A stretch of 64,000 bases of DNA from an uncultured Gammaproteobacteria bacterium (GCA_964643065.1 CAZXPD010000007.1:136-64135), one strand, 5' to 3'; counted from the first letter of the stretch, positions 48,382-59,223 are shown. Notes: generated by a model not told the origin, from the sequence alone. A program made the numbers and translations.

Positions 48382-48738
48382 ATGTACGAAGTAAGAACAG
48401 AGGCACATTTTTCATCAGCTCACAGACTTTTAAACTACGAAGGCAAATGCGAAAATCTCCACGGACACAACTGGAAGGTCGAGGTTTATGCCCGGGGCGA
48501 AAACCTTGATAAATCAAACATACTTATAGACTTTAAATTATTGAAAAAAGTATTAAATGAAGTATTGGAAACGCTGGACCACAAAGTCCTAAATGAATTA
48601 GATTGGTTTAAAACGCAAAGTCCGAGCAGTGAAACGATAGCAAAATATATCTACGAACAGATTAAAACAGAAATCCCTCAAATAACAAAAGTTTGCGTTT
48701 GGGAAACTCCCACATCCTGCGCAGGTTACTGGGAATAA
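48382..48738 (+). CDS. queD: 6-carboxy-5,6,7,8-tetrahydropterin synthase
   Basis: 118 aa (FSSAHRL..YEGKCENLHGHNWKVEV, ..LDH..LNE..). Ribosome-binding site AAAGGA. Confidence 0.92.
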   Translation: MYEVRTEAHFSSAHRLLNYEGKCENLHGHNWKVEVYARGENLDKSNILIDFKLLKKVLNEVLETLDHKVLNELDWFKTQSPSSETIAKYIYEQIKTEIPQITKVCVWETPTSCAGYWE

Positions 48739-49260
48739 TCAGCTTTTGTTCAAAATCCAGAACAACTTGGCTGTTCTTATTCTTTCTTCACCAATCAATT
48801 TAAGTAAAAACAGCTCAAATGTACTTTGTTTTCTGGCTCCGACAAGTTTGAAGGTATATAAAATCTCATCTTTTCTTTCACCCGCATTAACTATCTGGAT
48901 ACCTATACGCGCTTTATTACCTCTAGAGAAGAATATGGGTATAAATTCAGACCTTACTTTAACATCAGTGTGCTTTAGATGACTGATTTGTCCAAGAGCC
49001 TTTTCAATATGTGCAAGAACATCATCGGGAAACTTGCACACAATTAATCTTTCGGCTTTATCAGAAGATTGAGCTATAACTTCCATTGTATCCAGCGTGG
49101 ATAATCGTGATAATCTCCTTAATACAGCGGCTTTATTTACAAATGGAACAGCTCCAAATTGTGCTTTATCATTTTGTTGAGATAACGAGCCTGCATTAAG
49201 CCTACAATACTTAGCATCGTTAAATTTGTCCCTGTATAAATTTGTTCCGATTATTTTCAT
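48739..49260 (-). CDS. Hypothetical protein with the shared N-terminal module (MKIIGTNLYR..KYCRLN..DKAQFGAVPF)
   Basis: 173 aa with ribosome-binding site GGGGGAA. It abuts the queD stop. Confidence 0.65.
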   Translation of the reverse strand: MKIIGTNLYRDKFNDAKYCRLNAGSLSQQNDKAQFGAVPFVNKAAVLRRLSRLSTLDTMEVIAQSSDKAERLIVCKFPDDVLAHIEKALGQISHLKHTDVKVRSEFIPIFFSRGNKARIGIQIVNAGERKDEILYTFKLVGARKQSTFELFLLKLIGEERIRTAKLFWILNKS

Positions 49261-49373
49261 TTAATTCCCCCAATAATATTTATATGCTTAAAGTCATCAC
49301 ACATGAAAAATTGACGGTAAATCCGACTTGTTGTCACAAAAATTTACAAGTATTGAGAAATTTATAATTCAGT

Positions 49374-50591
49374 TTAACAAAGAACTTTTACAAGACACTC
49401 GTAAGCAAAGTCCAATTCTTTCTCAGTGATAATCAAAGGCGGAGCAATTCTGATGATATTGTCATGAGTTTCTTTACAGAGCATGCCCAGCGCTTTCAGA
49501 TTTTCGCAAAACCCTCTTGCTTTTGTATTTAACTCAATCCCTATAAATAATCCTTTTCCCCTGATTTCAATGATATGAGGACTCTTTATTGTTTTTAGCC
49601 TTTCAAGAAAAGCTTTGCCCAGTTCAGCCGAACGATTTATGAGATTTTCTTCAACAATAACTCTTAATGCGGCTCTGGCAACGGCGCAACCGAGTGGATT
49701 CCCCCCGAACGTACTGCCATGGTCTCCGGGATTGAAAACCGACAAAATTTCCTTTCTTGCCAACACGGCTGAGACGGGATAATATCCGCCTGAAAGAGCT
49801 TTTCCTATGATTATCACATCAGGTTCAACATTTTCATGCTGAAATGCAAACATTTTCCCTGTTCTGCCAAAACCGGTCTGTATCTCATCAAGCATAAGAA
49901 GAACATTATTTTCCTTGCAGATTTTTTCGGCTTCTTTCAAAAAGCCTTCAGGGGGAATAATTATTCCGGCTTCTCCCTGAATTGGTTCAAGCATAAATGC
50001 GCATGTCTGCGGCGTTATAGCATTTTTCAGTGCTTCAATATCCCCGTAAGGGATAATTTTAAACCCGGGAGTGTATGGTCCAAAGCCTTCCTTATACTGC
50101 TCCTCGCTCGAAAAACTAACGATAGTAGTTGTTCTCCCGTGAAAATTATTAGTGCAGACTATAATTTCGGCTTTGTTGTTTTCGATGCCTTTCACTGTAT
50201 AGCCCCATTTTCTGGCAGCTTTGACAGCGGTTTCAACTGCTTCCGATCCTGTATTCATGGGAAGAATCATTTCGGCTCCGGTCAAATCCGATAATTCTTT
50301 GTAAAACAACGGCAGTTCGCTGTTTCTGAAAGCTCGCGAAGTCAAAGTCACTTTTTCAGCCTGTTCTTTCAATGCTTTTAATATTTTCGGATGGCAGTGT
50401 CCCTGATTAACAGCAGAATAAGCGCTTAAGCAATCGAGATATTTATTGCCTTCGGCATCATAAACCCATACCCCCTGAGCGTGTTCTATAACAACATCAA
50501 TCGGTTTATAATTATTGGCTCCAATCGTTTGCTCAATTGAAATATATTCCTGTGACGAAAGTGTATTTGACTGCACGTTAATTTTCTCCAT
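49374..50591 (-). CDS. rocD: Ornithine aminotransferase-type class-III PLP aminotransferase
   Basis: 405 aa ([34 protein letters not shown]). Confidence 0.88.
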   Translation of the reverse strand: MEKINVQSNTLSSQEYISIEQTIGANNYKPIDVVIEHAQGVWVYDAEGNKYLDCLSAYSAVNQGHCHPKILKALKEQAEKVTLTSRAFRNSELPLFYKELSDLTGAEMILPMNTGSEAVETAVKAARKWGYTVKGIENNKAEIIVCTNNFHGRTTTIVSFSSEEQYKEGFGPYTPGFKIIPYGDIEALKNAITPQTCAFMLEPIQGEAGIIIPPEGFLKEAEKICKENNVLLMLDEIQTGFGRTGKMFAFQHENVEPDVIIIGKALSGGYYPVSAVLARKEILSVFNPGDHGSTFGGNPLGCAVARAALRVIVEENLINRSAELGKAFLERLKTIKSPHIIEIRGKGLFIGIELNTKARGFCENLKALGMLCKETHDNIIRIAPPLIITEKELDFAYECLVKVLC

Positions 50592-50741
50592 AAAAAGTAG
50601 CTTTACAGACTAATTATAGAATAAAAGAACGGTAAGACTCTCAAATCTAATTTTTACATTTCTTAAAATACTCACGATAATTTAGCAACTTATTTCTGCC
50701 TGTTTTTTTATTATAAAAAGAGCAACAATTTCGGATATTTA

Positions 50742-51929
50742 ATGCATTCATCATCGATAAAAACAAATCAAACAAACCAAAGCTTCGGATGTTTCGGAAT
50801 ACGGCGTATGTTGGGGTTTTCAACTAAACGGATAACCGTTTTACAGCCCAATATTGATTCATTCAGCACATATTTAACCCGTGTTTGTTCAAAGGAATGG
50901 AAATCCGTCATTAAACACATCCAGAAAAAATTCTCAAAACTTAAATTTGCCGATGATATTAATAATGCGCTGAAAATAGATTACAGAACCGTTAACGATA
51001 AACTTTTTGCTGATATAACATACAGCCCGAGAAACAACTTTAATCTAAAAAACAAATTTCAAAGAGAACTGGAATCCTACGGCTTAAGATTGCCAAACCA
51101 GCCCTTTAGTATTGCTTTGCCATCAGAACCGACAAAAATGTCCGCTCTTAAATGCGAAATAACAGGAAGCGAATGGTTCAAAAGCATTAAAAAAACTACC
51201 GAAAACCTTCATAAATGCATCGCATTTTGGGGCAAAGGCACTTTCCCTACAAAAATCGAATCCGGCAAAGTACTTATAAACAAGCCCTTAAATCAAACAG
51301 AGCTGAAGCCAAGAACAATGGAGCTGATTGATTACTTTAAAAATTTTAAAAACAAAGTTAAGAAAGCAGCAAGACCTGATTGTTGGGGTTTTGGACGTGC
51401 GAAATTCTTTAAAAACGATGTTCTCAAAATTGATACACATTTAGATACAAGTGCTTCTGCGGGAATCAGCCACGATGTCAATATGGTTTTCGGCAATGAT
51501 TTACAAAATCTTCGCGCTAAAATGGAAATCATAATACCCGATGAAGCATTAAACAAAACAAATTTGTCACAGGAAAAAAGTTTACAATTTATTTCACAAA
51601 TGAGCGAATTCTCCAGACAGCTTAATGATTTAGTTTGCACAAGCAAAAAATTTAAAGCATTAAAAACCGACATCGACAAAATTAAAATTTCTTATTTTGT
51701 AAATACAGAGGGCATTATTGCGGCAAATCTGGACGTTGCTCTGAACGGAAGAAATTTTAATCTTGCAAACAATGTTATATTTGCAGAGGAACTCAGAGCG
51801 CGCATAATTACAAACAGACAAAGCATCCCTGTATGCAAGATTAACAAATATCTTTCAGACCTTGACAATGAGCTTGCTTGTTTAACTAAGAGAGAAAAGA
51901 ACCATCAAAATCTTATAAATACCAGATAG
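50742..51929 (+). CDS. Hypothetical protein with the shared N-terminal module (MHSSSIKTNQTNQSFGCFG..)
   Basis: 395-aa ORF with a weak ribosome-binding site and no recognisable domain. Confidence 0.6.
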   Translation: MHSSSIKTNQTNQSFGCFGIRRMLGFSTKRITVLQPNIDSFSTYLTRVCSKEWKSVIKHIQKKFSKLKFADDINNALKIDYRTVNDKLFADITYSPRNNFNLKNKFQRELESYGLRLPNQPFSIALPSEPTKMSALKCEITGSEWFKSIKKTTENLHKCIAFWGKGTFPTKIESGKVLINKPLNQTELKPRTMELIDYFKNFKNKVKKAARPDCWGFGRAKFFKNDVLKIDTHLDTSASAGISHDVNMVFGNDLQNLRAKMEIIIPDEALNKTNLSQEKSLQFISQMSEFSRQLNDLVCTSKKFKALKTDIDKIKISYFVNTEGIIAANLDVALNGRNFNLANNVIFAEELRARIITNRQSIPVCKINKYLSDLDNELACLTKREKNHQNLINTR

Positions 51930-51951
51930 ATTAATTTTGCGGAAATTATTA

Positions 51952-52326
51952 TTAAATAACAGGCGTTAAAAACAACTCTAATTCGGCAGTCATCCCTTTT
52001 TGAAGAACACTAGCAATAGCTGAATTCAAGGGTTCTATCCAACTGCCGGGATGCTCAGGGGATGCTGTTTTGTCGAGAAATACTTTCGACAAAATTTTAT
52101 CCTGATCGGATTTTCGAAAAATTGAAACCAGCCCTTTTTGTTCTTTCTCGCAAAATTCAAATGCAATTTTCAACCCTCTGTCATCAAGCATTTGAATAAA
52201 GGGTGAATAAACCTTATAAAGCCAAATCTGAACTTCAGGAGGGATATTTTGTCGAAAACTGACATTCCTTGAATTCGTCGTACTTGATTTTTGGCATAAA
52301 CCGTTGAGATTAAGCATAACTTTCAT
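51952..52326 (-). CDS. Hypothetical protein with the shared N-terminal module (MKVMLNLNGLCQKSSTTNSRNVSFRQNIPP..)
   Basis: 124 aa with a strong ribosome-binding site (GGAAGGAGGA). Confidence 0.65.
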   Translation of the reverse strand: MKVMLNLNGLCQKSSTTNSRNVSFRQNIPPEVQIWLYKVYSPFIQMLDDRGLKIAFEFCEKEQKGLVSIFRKSDQDKILSKVFLDKTASPEHPGSWIEPLNSAIASVLQKGMTAELELFLTPVI

Positions 52327-52529
52327 AATTGTCCTCCTTCCAAATTTTTCTTCCGGAAAATTTTATCCGGTAACAAACATTTTTTCTAAAAAAAAGGGCT
52401 AAACAATAATCCATACGATTATAATTACAATATTTTTTGTTAAGAATTTTGTAAATTAGAGATGATTAATAGCAACTTTTTTTCTGTTCCGATTTTAATC
52501 ATTTAGGTTGATTAAAGGAAGGAAAATTA

Positions 52530-53489
52530 ATGAAAATCCAAAATATAGCAATTTTTTCTAACAACAAATTACACAGAAAAAATACGACAGCTGAACAAAA
52601 TTCAGCTTTAAGCTGTCAAAAAAGTTTTTTAAACCTCAACTGCACCGATATAGTCTGCTTTTCGGCAAAAATCCCTAAAAAGATATCAATAATCGTTCCT
52701 CGCGGGAGTTCTCCCGATCTTGCAAGAGAACTTGAAAAAGGGCTAATCAGTAAAGATCATATGGAAAGAGGACTGACTGCCTTACGAATCGGCAAATTAA
52801 AAATTAAGGAAAATGCAAGAGCCCTAAAAGATTTATTCACAGACGGTTCTGCTTATGTCAGATTGCTGGCAGTCAGAGGATTTGCAAAAATAGGAAATCC
52901 GAACAACGGACACTGGCTCAAAATATTAGTGAATGATAAAGACCCTGAAGTAAGAAAAGAAGTTGCAATTGCCGTAAGAGAATTCGGAAATAAAAAACAG
53001 GTCGGCTTAATTTTAGAACTTATGAAGGATAAAGATCTTTCGGTTAAATCAGCGGCAGTCAGGACATTGGGTTTTATCGGGGGAAAAGAACATGTCAAGC
53101 ATTTGGTTCCCATCCCTGATTTTTCTCTTAGTGTTTCAAGTCCGGTTCATCCATTGGAAGCCTATGCAGAAGCTTTGGGAAAAATCGGCAGTGAAGAGCA
53201 TGTAAGTGAACTTGAAAAATTACTTTACCTCAATAACCGCAGGATACAAGAAACAGCTGCCGCATCCATAGCCAAAATTGCGAGCCTTGATACTTTGCTT
53301 TCGTTCTTACCTAAACTCTCAGACGAAAAACCCATTGTAAGAGAGATATTCGCATACTTGTTCGGAGAAACCAAACGCACGGATTTTCTTAGTTATTTAG
53401 ACCATATCAAGGTTTCTGACGGCAATGAATATGTCAGACAAGCCGCTTCAACCGCAGCGAAGAAAATCCGTCAAGCAAATTCAAAGTGA
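52530..53489 (+). CDS. HEAT-repeat (PBS-lyase-type) protein with the shared N-terminal module
   Basis: 319 aa with ribosome-binding site AAGGAAGGAAA. Its N-terminus is MKIQNIAIFSNN..LSCQKSF..IVCFSAKIPKK. Repeated HEAT units follow (VRLLAVRGFAKIGNP, DPEVRKEVAIAVREFGN, DLSVKSAAVRTLGFIGG, EYVRQAASTAAKKI). Confidence 0.75.
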   Translation: MKIQNIAIFSNNKLHRKNTTAEQNSALSCQKSFLNLNCTDIVCFSAKIPKKISIIVPRGSSPDLARELEKGLISKDHMERGLTALRIGKLKIKENARALKDLFTDGSAYVRLLAVRGFAKIGNPNNGHWLKILVNDKDPEVRKEVAIAVREFGNKKQVGLILELMKDKDLSVKSAAVRTLGFIGGKEHVKHLVPIPDFSLSVSSPVHPLEAYAEALGKIGSEEHVSELEKLLYLNNRRIQETAAASIAKIASLDTLLSFLPKLSDEKPIVREIFAYLFGETKRTDFLSYLDHIKVSDGNEYVRQAASTAAKKIRQANSK

Positions 53490-53553
53490 TTTGTTTCAGA
53501 TTATAGGCTAAAAAGACGGTTATAAACCTCAAAGAATAACCTATAATTTTTTC

Positions 53554-54288
53554 ATGATTAATAAAACAAAATTCAGGAAATACATCGAAAAGCAGGAATT
53601 CAACCCTGATATTACGGGGCTATTAATCAACCCGTTTTATTTTGCACGCCGTGGACTGTACAAAAACATCAAAGAGCTCTCAAAATTCATAAAAGGCAGA
53701 GTTCTTGACGTCGGATGCGGTCAAAAACCCTACGAAGAACTTTTTAACTGTGAACAATACATAGGGCTTGAATATGACAGCCCGCAGAACAGAGCGGTAA
53801 AAAAAGCCGATTATTTCTATGACGGAACAACTTTTCCTTTTGACGGCAAAGAATTTGACAGTGCCGTTATGAACGAAGTCCTTGAACACGTGTTTAATCC
53901 TGACCAGTTTCTGAAAGAGCTTAACAGAGTTTTGAAAGACGGAGCAAATTTGCTGCTGACCGTACCTTTTGTTTGGGACGAGCACGAACAGCCCTATGAT
54001 TACGCAAGATATTCTTCTTTCGGTATAAAACATCTGCTTGAGAAGCACGGCTTTGAAATCTTAGAATTCAGAAAAAGCGTTGATAATATCGGAGTTATTT
54101 TTCAGCTCATAAACGATTATATTTACAAGCTGATTATCAAAAAGGGCAAAAAATACGAATTTTGGCTGACAAATTTTTTAACTGCCCCGTTTAATATCAC
54201 GGGCATCGTTTTGGCATTTATTTTGCCGAAAAACAAAGATCTCTATCTTGATAATATCGTTCTTGCAAAGAAGGTGTCCGATGCATAA
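53554..54288 (+). CDS. Class I SAM-dependent methyltransferase
   Basis: 244 aa (VLDVGCGQKPY, FDSAVMNEVLEHV). Confidence 0.85.
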   Translation: MINKTKFRKYIEKQEFNPDITGLLINPFYFARRGLYKNIKELSKFIKGRVLDVGCGQKPYEELFNCEQYIGLEYDSPQNRAVKKADYFYDGTTFPFDGKEFDSAVMNEVLEHVFNPDQFLKELNRVLKDGANLLLTVPFVWDEHEQPYDYARYSSFGIKHLLEKHGFEILEFRKSVDNIGVIFQLINDYIYKLIIKKGKKYEFWLTNFLTAPFNITGIVLAFILPKNKDLYLDNIVLAKKVSDA

Positions 54289-55321
54289 TTTTTGCACTCT
54301 GTTTGATTCTCATTACTTGCCGAGAGGACTTGCAATGTACGAGTCTCTCAAAAAGCACTGCGGCGATTTTCACCTGTATATTTTTGCCTTTGATGAGAAA
54401 TGCTTAGAGATATTAAAAGAATTTAATCTTGATAATGTAACGGTCATTTCTCTGGAAGAATTTGAAAATGATAAGCTTCTCGGCATCAAACAATCGAGAA
54501 CAAGAGGCGAATACTGCTGGACTTGCACATCTTCGAGCATTCTGTATGTGCTTGAAAAATACAAAGTCCCTGATTGTACCTACCTTGACGCGGACATTTA
54601 TTTTTATGAGGACCCCGAAATACTTCTTGACGAACTTAAAGACAAATCCGTGCTTATTACGGAACACGGTTTTACCGAAAAGTATGCGCAGGGCATCGTA
54701 AACGGCAAATACTGCGTTCAGTTTACTGCGTTTAAAAATAATGAGAACGGACTTAGAGTTCTCAAAGACTGGGTAGCTAAATGCTTAGACTGGTGCCATG
54801 CAAGATACGAAAACGGCAAATTCGGCGACCAAAAGTATCTTGACACTTGGACACAAGATTATGACTGTGTAAAAGTCCTTGAACATAAGGGCGGAGGAGT
54901 TGCCCCGTGGAATATACAGAGATTTAAAATAAACAGCTCAGATAAAAAGTTCATTCTTGAAGATATCAGTTCTAAAGAGCAGTTTCCCATGGTGTTTTAT
55001 CATTTTCACGATATCAAGTTCGATACAAAAGGAAATTTAAACCCCGTAAATTATTATGAATACGACATTGATAAGCAGGTGCGGGATATTATCTATAAGC
55101 CTTATTTAGAGCATATCGGCAGTATCAGCAAACAGATTGGTCTTATTCACATTGATTATCAGCCTTATAATCGAATTACGGTTTCGGTATCGGGGCATAT
55201 TAGGGTTATTTTGCACAAAACGGCTGTAAATTTCAAAACGGCATATATTTATGTAATTACACTTCCTCAGAGAATAAAACAGTATTTAAGAAATTTAATC
55301 AAATCATTAATAAGAGGTTAG
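54281..55321 (+). CDS. Putative nucleotide-sugar glycosyltransferase (GT8-like fold)
   Basis: MHNFCTLFDSHYLPRGLAMYESL.. with a YLDADIYFY (DxD) motif. The ATG at 54281 overlaps the methyltransferase stop (ATGCATAA). Confidence 0.6.
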   Translation: MHNFCTLFDSHYLPRGLAMYESLKKHCGDFHLYIFAFDEKCLEILKEFNLDNVTVISLEEFENDKLLGIKQSRTRGEYCWTCTSSSILYVLEKYKVPDCTYLDADIYFYEDPEILLDELKDKSVLITEHGFTEKYAQGIVNGKYCVQFTAFKNNENGLRVLKDWVAKCLDWCHARYENGKFGDQKYLDTWTQDYDCVKVLEHKGGGVAPWNIQRFKINSSDKKFILEDISSKEQFPMVFYHFHDIKFDTKGNLNPVNYYEYDIDKQVRDIIYKPYLEHIGSISKQIGLIHIDYQPYNRITVSVSGHIRVILHKTAVNFKTAYIYVITLPQRIKQYLRNLIKSLIRG

Positions 55322-55324
55322 AAT

Positions 55325-55690
55325 ATGGCATATTTATTGGACATGAGAACATTTTCCGATAACAGAGGAAACCTTAGCGTTATTGAAGAACACGAACTTC
55401 CTTTTCACATCAGGAGAGTGTTTTATATTTACGGTGTTGACGATTCCGTCAGAGGCGGACACAGGCATAAAAGCACAACGCAGGCTCTTATGTCGCTTGC
55501 GGGAAGCTGTACTGTGTATAATGATAACGGCAATATTAAGGAGGAATTTGTACTGGACAGACCAAATAAATGCTTAATACTTTTACCGGAAGACTGGCAC
55601 AAAATGTACAATTTCACTCCGGACTGTATATTACAGGTATTTGCATCAAACACTTTTGACCCGGATGATTATATTTACGAGGGATACTAA
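55325..55690 (+). CDS. fdtA: FdtA/WxcM-type dTDP-4-keto-6-deoxyhexose 3,4-ketoisomerase (cupin)
   Basis: 121 aa (F.D.RG.L.V.E....PF.I.R.FYI..V......RG.H.HK...Q). Confidence 0.8.
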   Translation: MAYLLDMRTFSDNRGNLSVIEEHELPFHIRRVFYIYGVDDSVRGGHRHKSTTQALMSLAGSCTVYNDNGNIKEEFVLDRPNKCLILLPEDWHKMYNFTPDCILQVFASNTFDPDDYIYEGY

Positions 55691-56787
55691 TGCCGACAGA
55701 TACGACTATTGATTATGAAAACCTCGGAAAGCTCAATGAGCCGTTTTTTGACGAATTTGAACTTAGTTTCAAAAACATGCTTCACAGCGGGTGGTATGTC
55801 TTGGGCAAAAACGTCGAGAATTTCCAGAATGAATTTGCCTTATATAACGGCAGTAAACATTGCATAGGGGTAGCTTCTGGACTTGACGCGCTTATTTTGG
55901 GATTGAAAGTTTTTGATTTTCCCGCCGGCAGTGAAGTAATCGTTCCCTCTAACACCTATATTGCAACAATTCTTGCCATAATTCACTGTAACTTAAAGCC
56001 CGTTTTGGCAGAGCCGGATATCAGAACTTATAATATTAACCCCGATTTGATAGAGAGAAAAATAACATCCAGAACCGTTGCAGTAATGCCGGTTCATCTT
56101 TACGGCAAAGTATGCAAAATGGATAAAATTTGTGAAATTGCAAATAAACACGGATTGAAAATCATAGAAGACTGTGCTCAGGCTCACGGCGCAAAATTCA
56201 AAAACCAGACATCAGGCACATTCGGAGATGTCGGGGCGTTTAGCTTTTATCCGACAAAGAATCTGGGAGCGTTAGGCGACGCAGGAGCCGTAACCGTGAA
56301 TGATTCGGAAATAGCCGAAAAGATAAAAAAACTCCGCAACTACGGCTCGGGTGTTAAATACTATAATGAGTATGTCGGCTTAAATTCAAGACTGGACGAA
56401 GTGCAAGCGGGATTTTTGTCGATTAAGCTCAAAAAACTTGATGAAATAAACGAACATAAGCGCAAATTAGCTGATATTTATGCAAAAAATCTAAAAGATG
56501 ACTTTATAAAACCGGTCATTGAGCATGATTATTATGATGTTTATCATATTTTCAACATCAGACATGAAAAGAGAGACGAACTGCGCGAATATCTGCTCAA
56601 GAACGGGATAAAAACCGAAATACACTACCCTGTCTCACCTCACAGACAAAAAGCAATGCAGGGAATTATAGAAGGCGATTATCCGATATCCGATGAAATT
56701 CACAATACAACCCTGAGCTTACCTATATCGTATTTTCATCGGGAAGATGATATTTACAGGGTGGTTGAAGTAATGAACGGGTTTTAG
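55690..56787 (+). CDS. fdtB: DegT/DnrJ/EryC1/StrS-family sugar aminotransferase (FdtB-like)
   Basis: 365 aa ([33 protein letters not shown]). It overlaps the fdtA stop by 1 nt. Confidence 0.88.
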   Translation: MPTDTTIDYENLGKLNEPFFDEFELSFKNMLHSGWYVLGKNVENFQNEFALYNGSKHCIGVASGLDALILGLKVFDFPAGSEVIVPSNTYIATILAIIHCNLKPVLAEPDIRTYNINPDLIERKITSRTVAVMPVHLYGKVCKMDKICEIANKHGLKIIEDCAQAHGAKFKNQTSGTFGDVGAFSFYPTKNLGALGDAGAVTVNDSEIAEKIKKLRNYGSGVKYYNEYVGLNSRLDEVQAGFLSIKLKKLDEINEHKRKLADIYAKNLKDDFIKPVIEHDYYDVYHIFNIRHEKRDELREYLLKNGIKTEIHYPVSPHRQKAMQGIIEGDYPISDEIHNTTLSLPISYFHREDDIYRVVEVMNGF

Positions 56788-56837
56788 ACATAGGCTGTTA
56801 TCATACTAAACCATGTGCTGAACCATCATGCTAAATT

Positions 56838-56945
56838 GTCATGCTGAACTAGTTTCAGCATCGCAAGGTCATTGGCACGACCCTTGCGATTCCGTGTCAA
56901 GCACGGAATGACATCAGAACTTGTTTCAGCATCGCATGGTCGTCG
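56838..56945. repeat. Cluster of nested GTCAT...ATC-family hairpin repeats in both orientations
   Basis: Copies are GTCAT-GCTGAA-CTAGT-TTCAGC-ATC (56838-56862), the hairpin CGCAAGG..CCTTGCG (56862-56888) and an inverted copy GATTCCGTG-TCAAG-CACGGAATGAC (56888-56912). A degenerate copy repeats GTTTCAGCATCGCA(A/T)GGTC. Confidence 0.6.
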
Positions 56946-57039
56946 ATATATTGCATATATTTCAACCATTGCTTCCATACAAATAGTTAAATCCCCCTTT
57001 TTCTTATATACTTATTTCATGCAGTATTTAGGAAAAGAT

Positions 57040-57759
57040 ATGTTTGTAAGAAAAAGCCGCAGAAAATATAACGAATTAAGACCGGTAAAATTCACAAGAA
57101 ATTTCACAAAATACGCAGAAGGCTCGGTTCTTGTCGAATTCGGCGATACAAAAGTAATTGTTACGGCAATGATTGAAGACAAAGTGCCTCGATTTCTTAT
57201 AGATTCAGGACAGGGTTGGCTTACGGCGGAATATTCAATACTTCCCGGCGCAACCCAGAGCAGGGTAAACAGAGACAGGGGAATGCTGATATCAGGCAGA
57301 ACGCAGGAAATCCAAAGATTAATCGGACGCAGCCTCCGCGCTTCAATAGATTTGAAACAAATAGGCGAGAGAACGATAACGATTGATGCCGATGTAATAC
57401 AAGCCGACGGCGGAACGAGAACGGCAAGTATTTCCGGCGGATTTATCGCGGTTTATGACGCTCTTTCCAAACTCTGCGAAAAGAAGCAAATTGACTGCAT
57501 CCCGGTTATAGAGCAGATAGCGGCAGTCAGTGTTGCGCTTGTTGACGGTGAAATCCTACTCGATCCCGACTATTTTGAGGATTCCAATGCAATCGCCGAT
57601 GCCAATATTATCATGGGCGCATCAGGCAAAATCATCGAATTTCAATGCACCGGAGAAAAAAGCTCATTTGACAAAAAAGATTTATACAAAATCATAGACA
57701 CGGCTGAAGAGGGTATTTCGCAAATAGTAACGCTTCAAAAAGAAATAATCGGATTATAG
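57040..57759 (+). CDS. rph: Ribonuclease PH
   Basis: MFVRKSRRKYNELRPVKFTRNFTKYAEGSVLVEFGDTKV.., GRTQEIQRLIGRSLR, DADVIQADGGTRTASI. The ATG at 57040 follows AGGAAAAG. The track start at 56872 runs through the repeat cluster. Confidence 0.93.
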   Translation: MFVRKSRRKYNELRPVKFTRNFTKYAEGSVLVEFGDTKVIVTAMIEDKVPRFLIDSGQGWLTAEYSILPGATQSRVNRDRGMLISGRTQEIQRLIGRSLRASIDLKQIGERTITIDADVIQADGGTRTASISGGFIAVYDALSKLCEKKQIDCIPVIEQIAAVSVALVDGEILLDPDYFEDSNAIADANIIMGASGKIIEFQCTGEKSSFDKKDLYKIIDTAEEGISQIVTLQKEIIGL

Positions 57760-57767
57760 GAGAATAT

Positions 57768-59006
57768 ATGAAACTATCTGCGCCGAAAGGGACAAAAGAT
57801 ATTTTACCGCAGGAAAGCGCCAAATGGCAGTATATCGAAGAAACCGCAAAAAAATTGCTTGACAATGCGCTGTACAAAGAAATCCGTACGCCTATTTTTG
57901 AATCCACAGAGCTTTTTTGTAGAGGTGTCGGCTCATCTACCGATATCGTAAACAAAGAAATGTACACATTTGTGCAAAAAGACCGCAGTTTGACGCTAAG
58001 ACCCGAAAACACAGCCGGAGTAGTAAGAGCATATATAGAAAACGGCATGCACAAACTTCCTTCACCGCAAAAGCTCTGGTACAAAGGTCCGATGTTCAGA
58101 TACGAACGTCCGCAGGCAGGAAGACAAAGACAGTTCCACCAGCTGGGCGTCGAGCTTTTCGGTATCAAAGAACCTTCAGCAGATGCCGAAGTCATCTTGC
58201 TTGCTCTTTCTTACTTAGATGAGCTCAAATTATCGGGTTTAAAGCTTGAAATAAACAATATCGGCTGCCAAAAATGCAGAGAAGCTCACAAAACAAAAAT
58301 TAAAAACATTCTCGAAAACCGCCTTCAAAGCCTATGCCCTGACTGTCATGTCAGATATGAAAAAAATCCTCTTCGAATATTGGACTGCAAAGACGAAAAC
58401 TGCAAAAAAGTCCTTTCAGACGAGCATATCATCGCGGTAATAAATGAGGATTTTGTTTGCGAAAGCTGTTCGGAATATTTTTCGCGCCTGCTTGATTATT
58501 TGCAAAAATTCAACGTCAGCTACGAAATCAACAAAAAGCTTGTAAGAGGGCTTGATTATTACAACGGGGCGGTATTTGAGATAACAGCCTCAAATCTCGG
58601 CGCTCAAAACGCAGTTTGCGGCGGCGGCAGATATGACACGCTTGTCGAGATGCTCGACGGACAACCGACGCCTGCAGTAGGCTGGGCAATAGGTCTTGAA
58701 AGACTCTACTCTCTTGTTGACTTCGTGCCGGAGGTTACCAGCGGGGTATATGTAATTTCGGATAAAACCGATGAAGCCCTTAAACTGACCTTCGAACTAC
58801 GGAAAAACGGTATAAAAGCTGATTTTGATTTCACGGCAAAGAACTTTTCAAAACAGTTTGAAAAAGCCCAAAAATCAAATACAAAATTCGCGGTTATACT
58901 GGGTGAGAATGAAATCTCTTCTAATTCATTCACCATAAAAGAGCTGAAAACGGGCGTTCAGCAGACCGTGAGCAAATCCGAACTGATAAATATTTTGAAG
59001 AGCTGA
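57768..59006 (+). CDS. hisS: Histidyl-tRNA synthetase
   Basis: 412 aa with class II motifs (..LRPE.TA...R.., FRYERPQAGR.RQFHQ, GGGRYD). Confidence 0.96.
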   Translation: MKLSAPKGTKDILPQESAKWQYIEETAKKLLDNALYKEIRTPIFESTELFCRGVGSSTDIVNKEMYTFVQKDRSLTLRPENTAGVVRAYIENGMHKLPSPQKLWYKGPMFRYERPQAGRQRQFHQLGVELFGIKEPSADAEVILLALSYLDELKLSGLKLEINNIGCQKCREAHKTKIKNILENRLQSLCPDCHVRYEKNPLRILDCKDENCKKVLSDEHIIAVINEDFVCESCSEYFSRLLDYLQKFNVSYEINKKLVRGLDYYNGAVFEITASNLGAQNAVCGGGRYDTLVEMLDGQPTPAVGWAIGLERLYSLVDFVPEVTSGVYVISDKTDEALKLTFELRKNGIKADFDFTAKNFSKQFEKAQKSNTKFAVILGENEISSNSFTIKELKTGVQQTVSKSELINILKS

Positions 59007-59223
59007 TTGCCTTTTGTTTATTAATTGTAAAGTATCATTAAGAATATATACTTGAAGGATATACAAACTACTATATTCGTAGTATAATTATCATGTTTTT
59101 AAGTTAAGCGTGTTAAAGAAGAATAGCCGGAATTGGTTTGGGTATGTACGAAGTTTTTGATGAATGCAATTTAATTATTAATATATATATACGTTAATCG
59201 ATCTAAGTTCTTAGGAGGATTCT

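Noticed and set aside
56872-57039. Upstream 56-codon extension of the rph ORF
   Set aside because: The extension is encoded entirely by the hairpin-repeat cluster. The conserved RNase PH N-terminus begins at the ATG at 57040, which has a good ribosome-binding site.
57760-57767. T-box leaders upstream of hisS or glnS
   Set aside because: hisS starts 8 nt after rph, which leaves no leader. The glnS upstream region (10582-10753) shows no specifier or T-box sequence.
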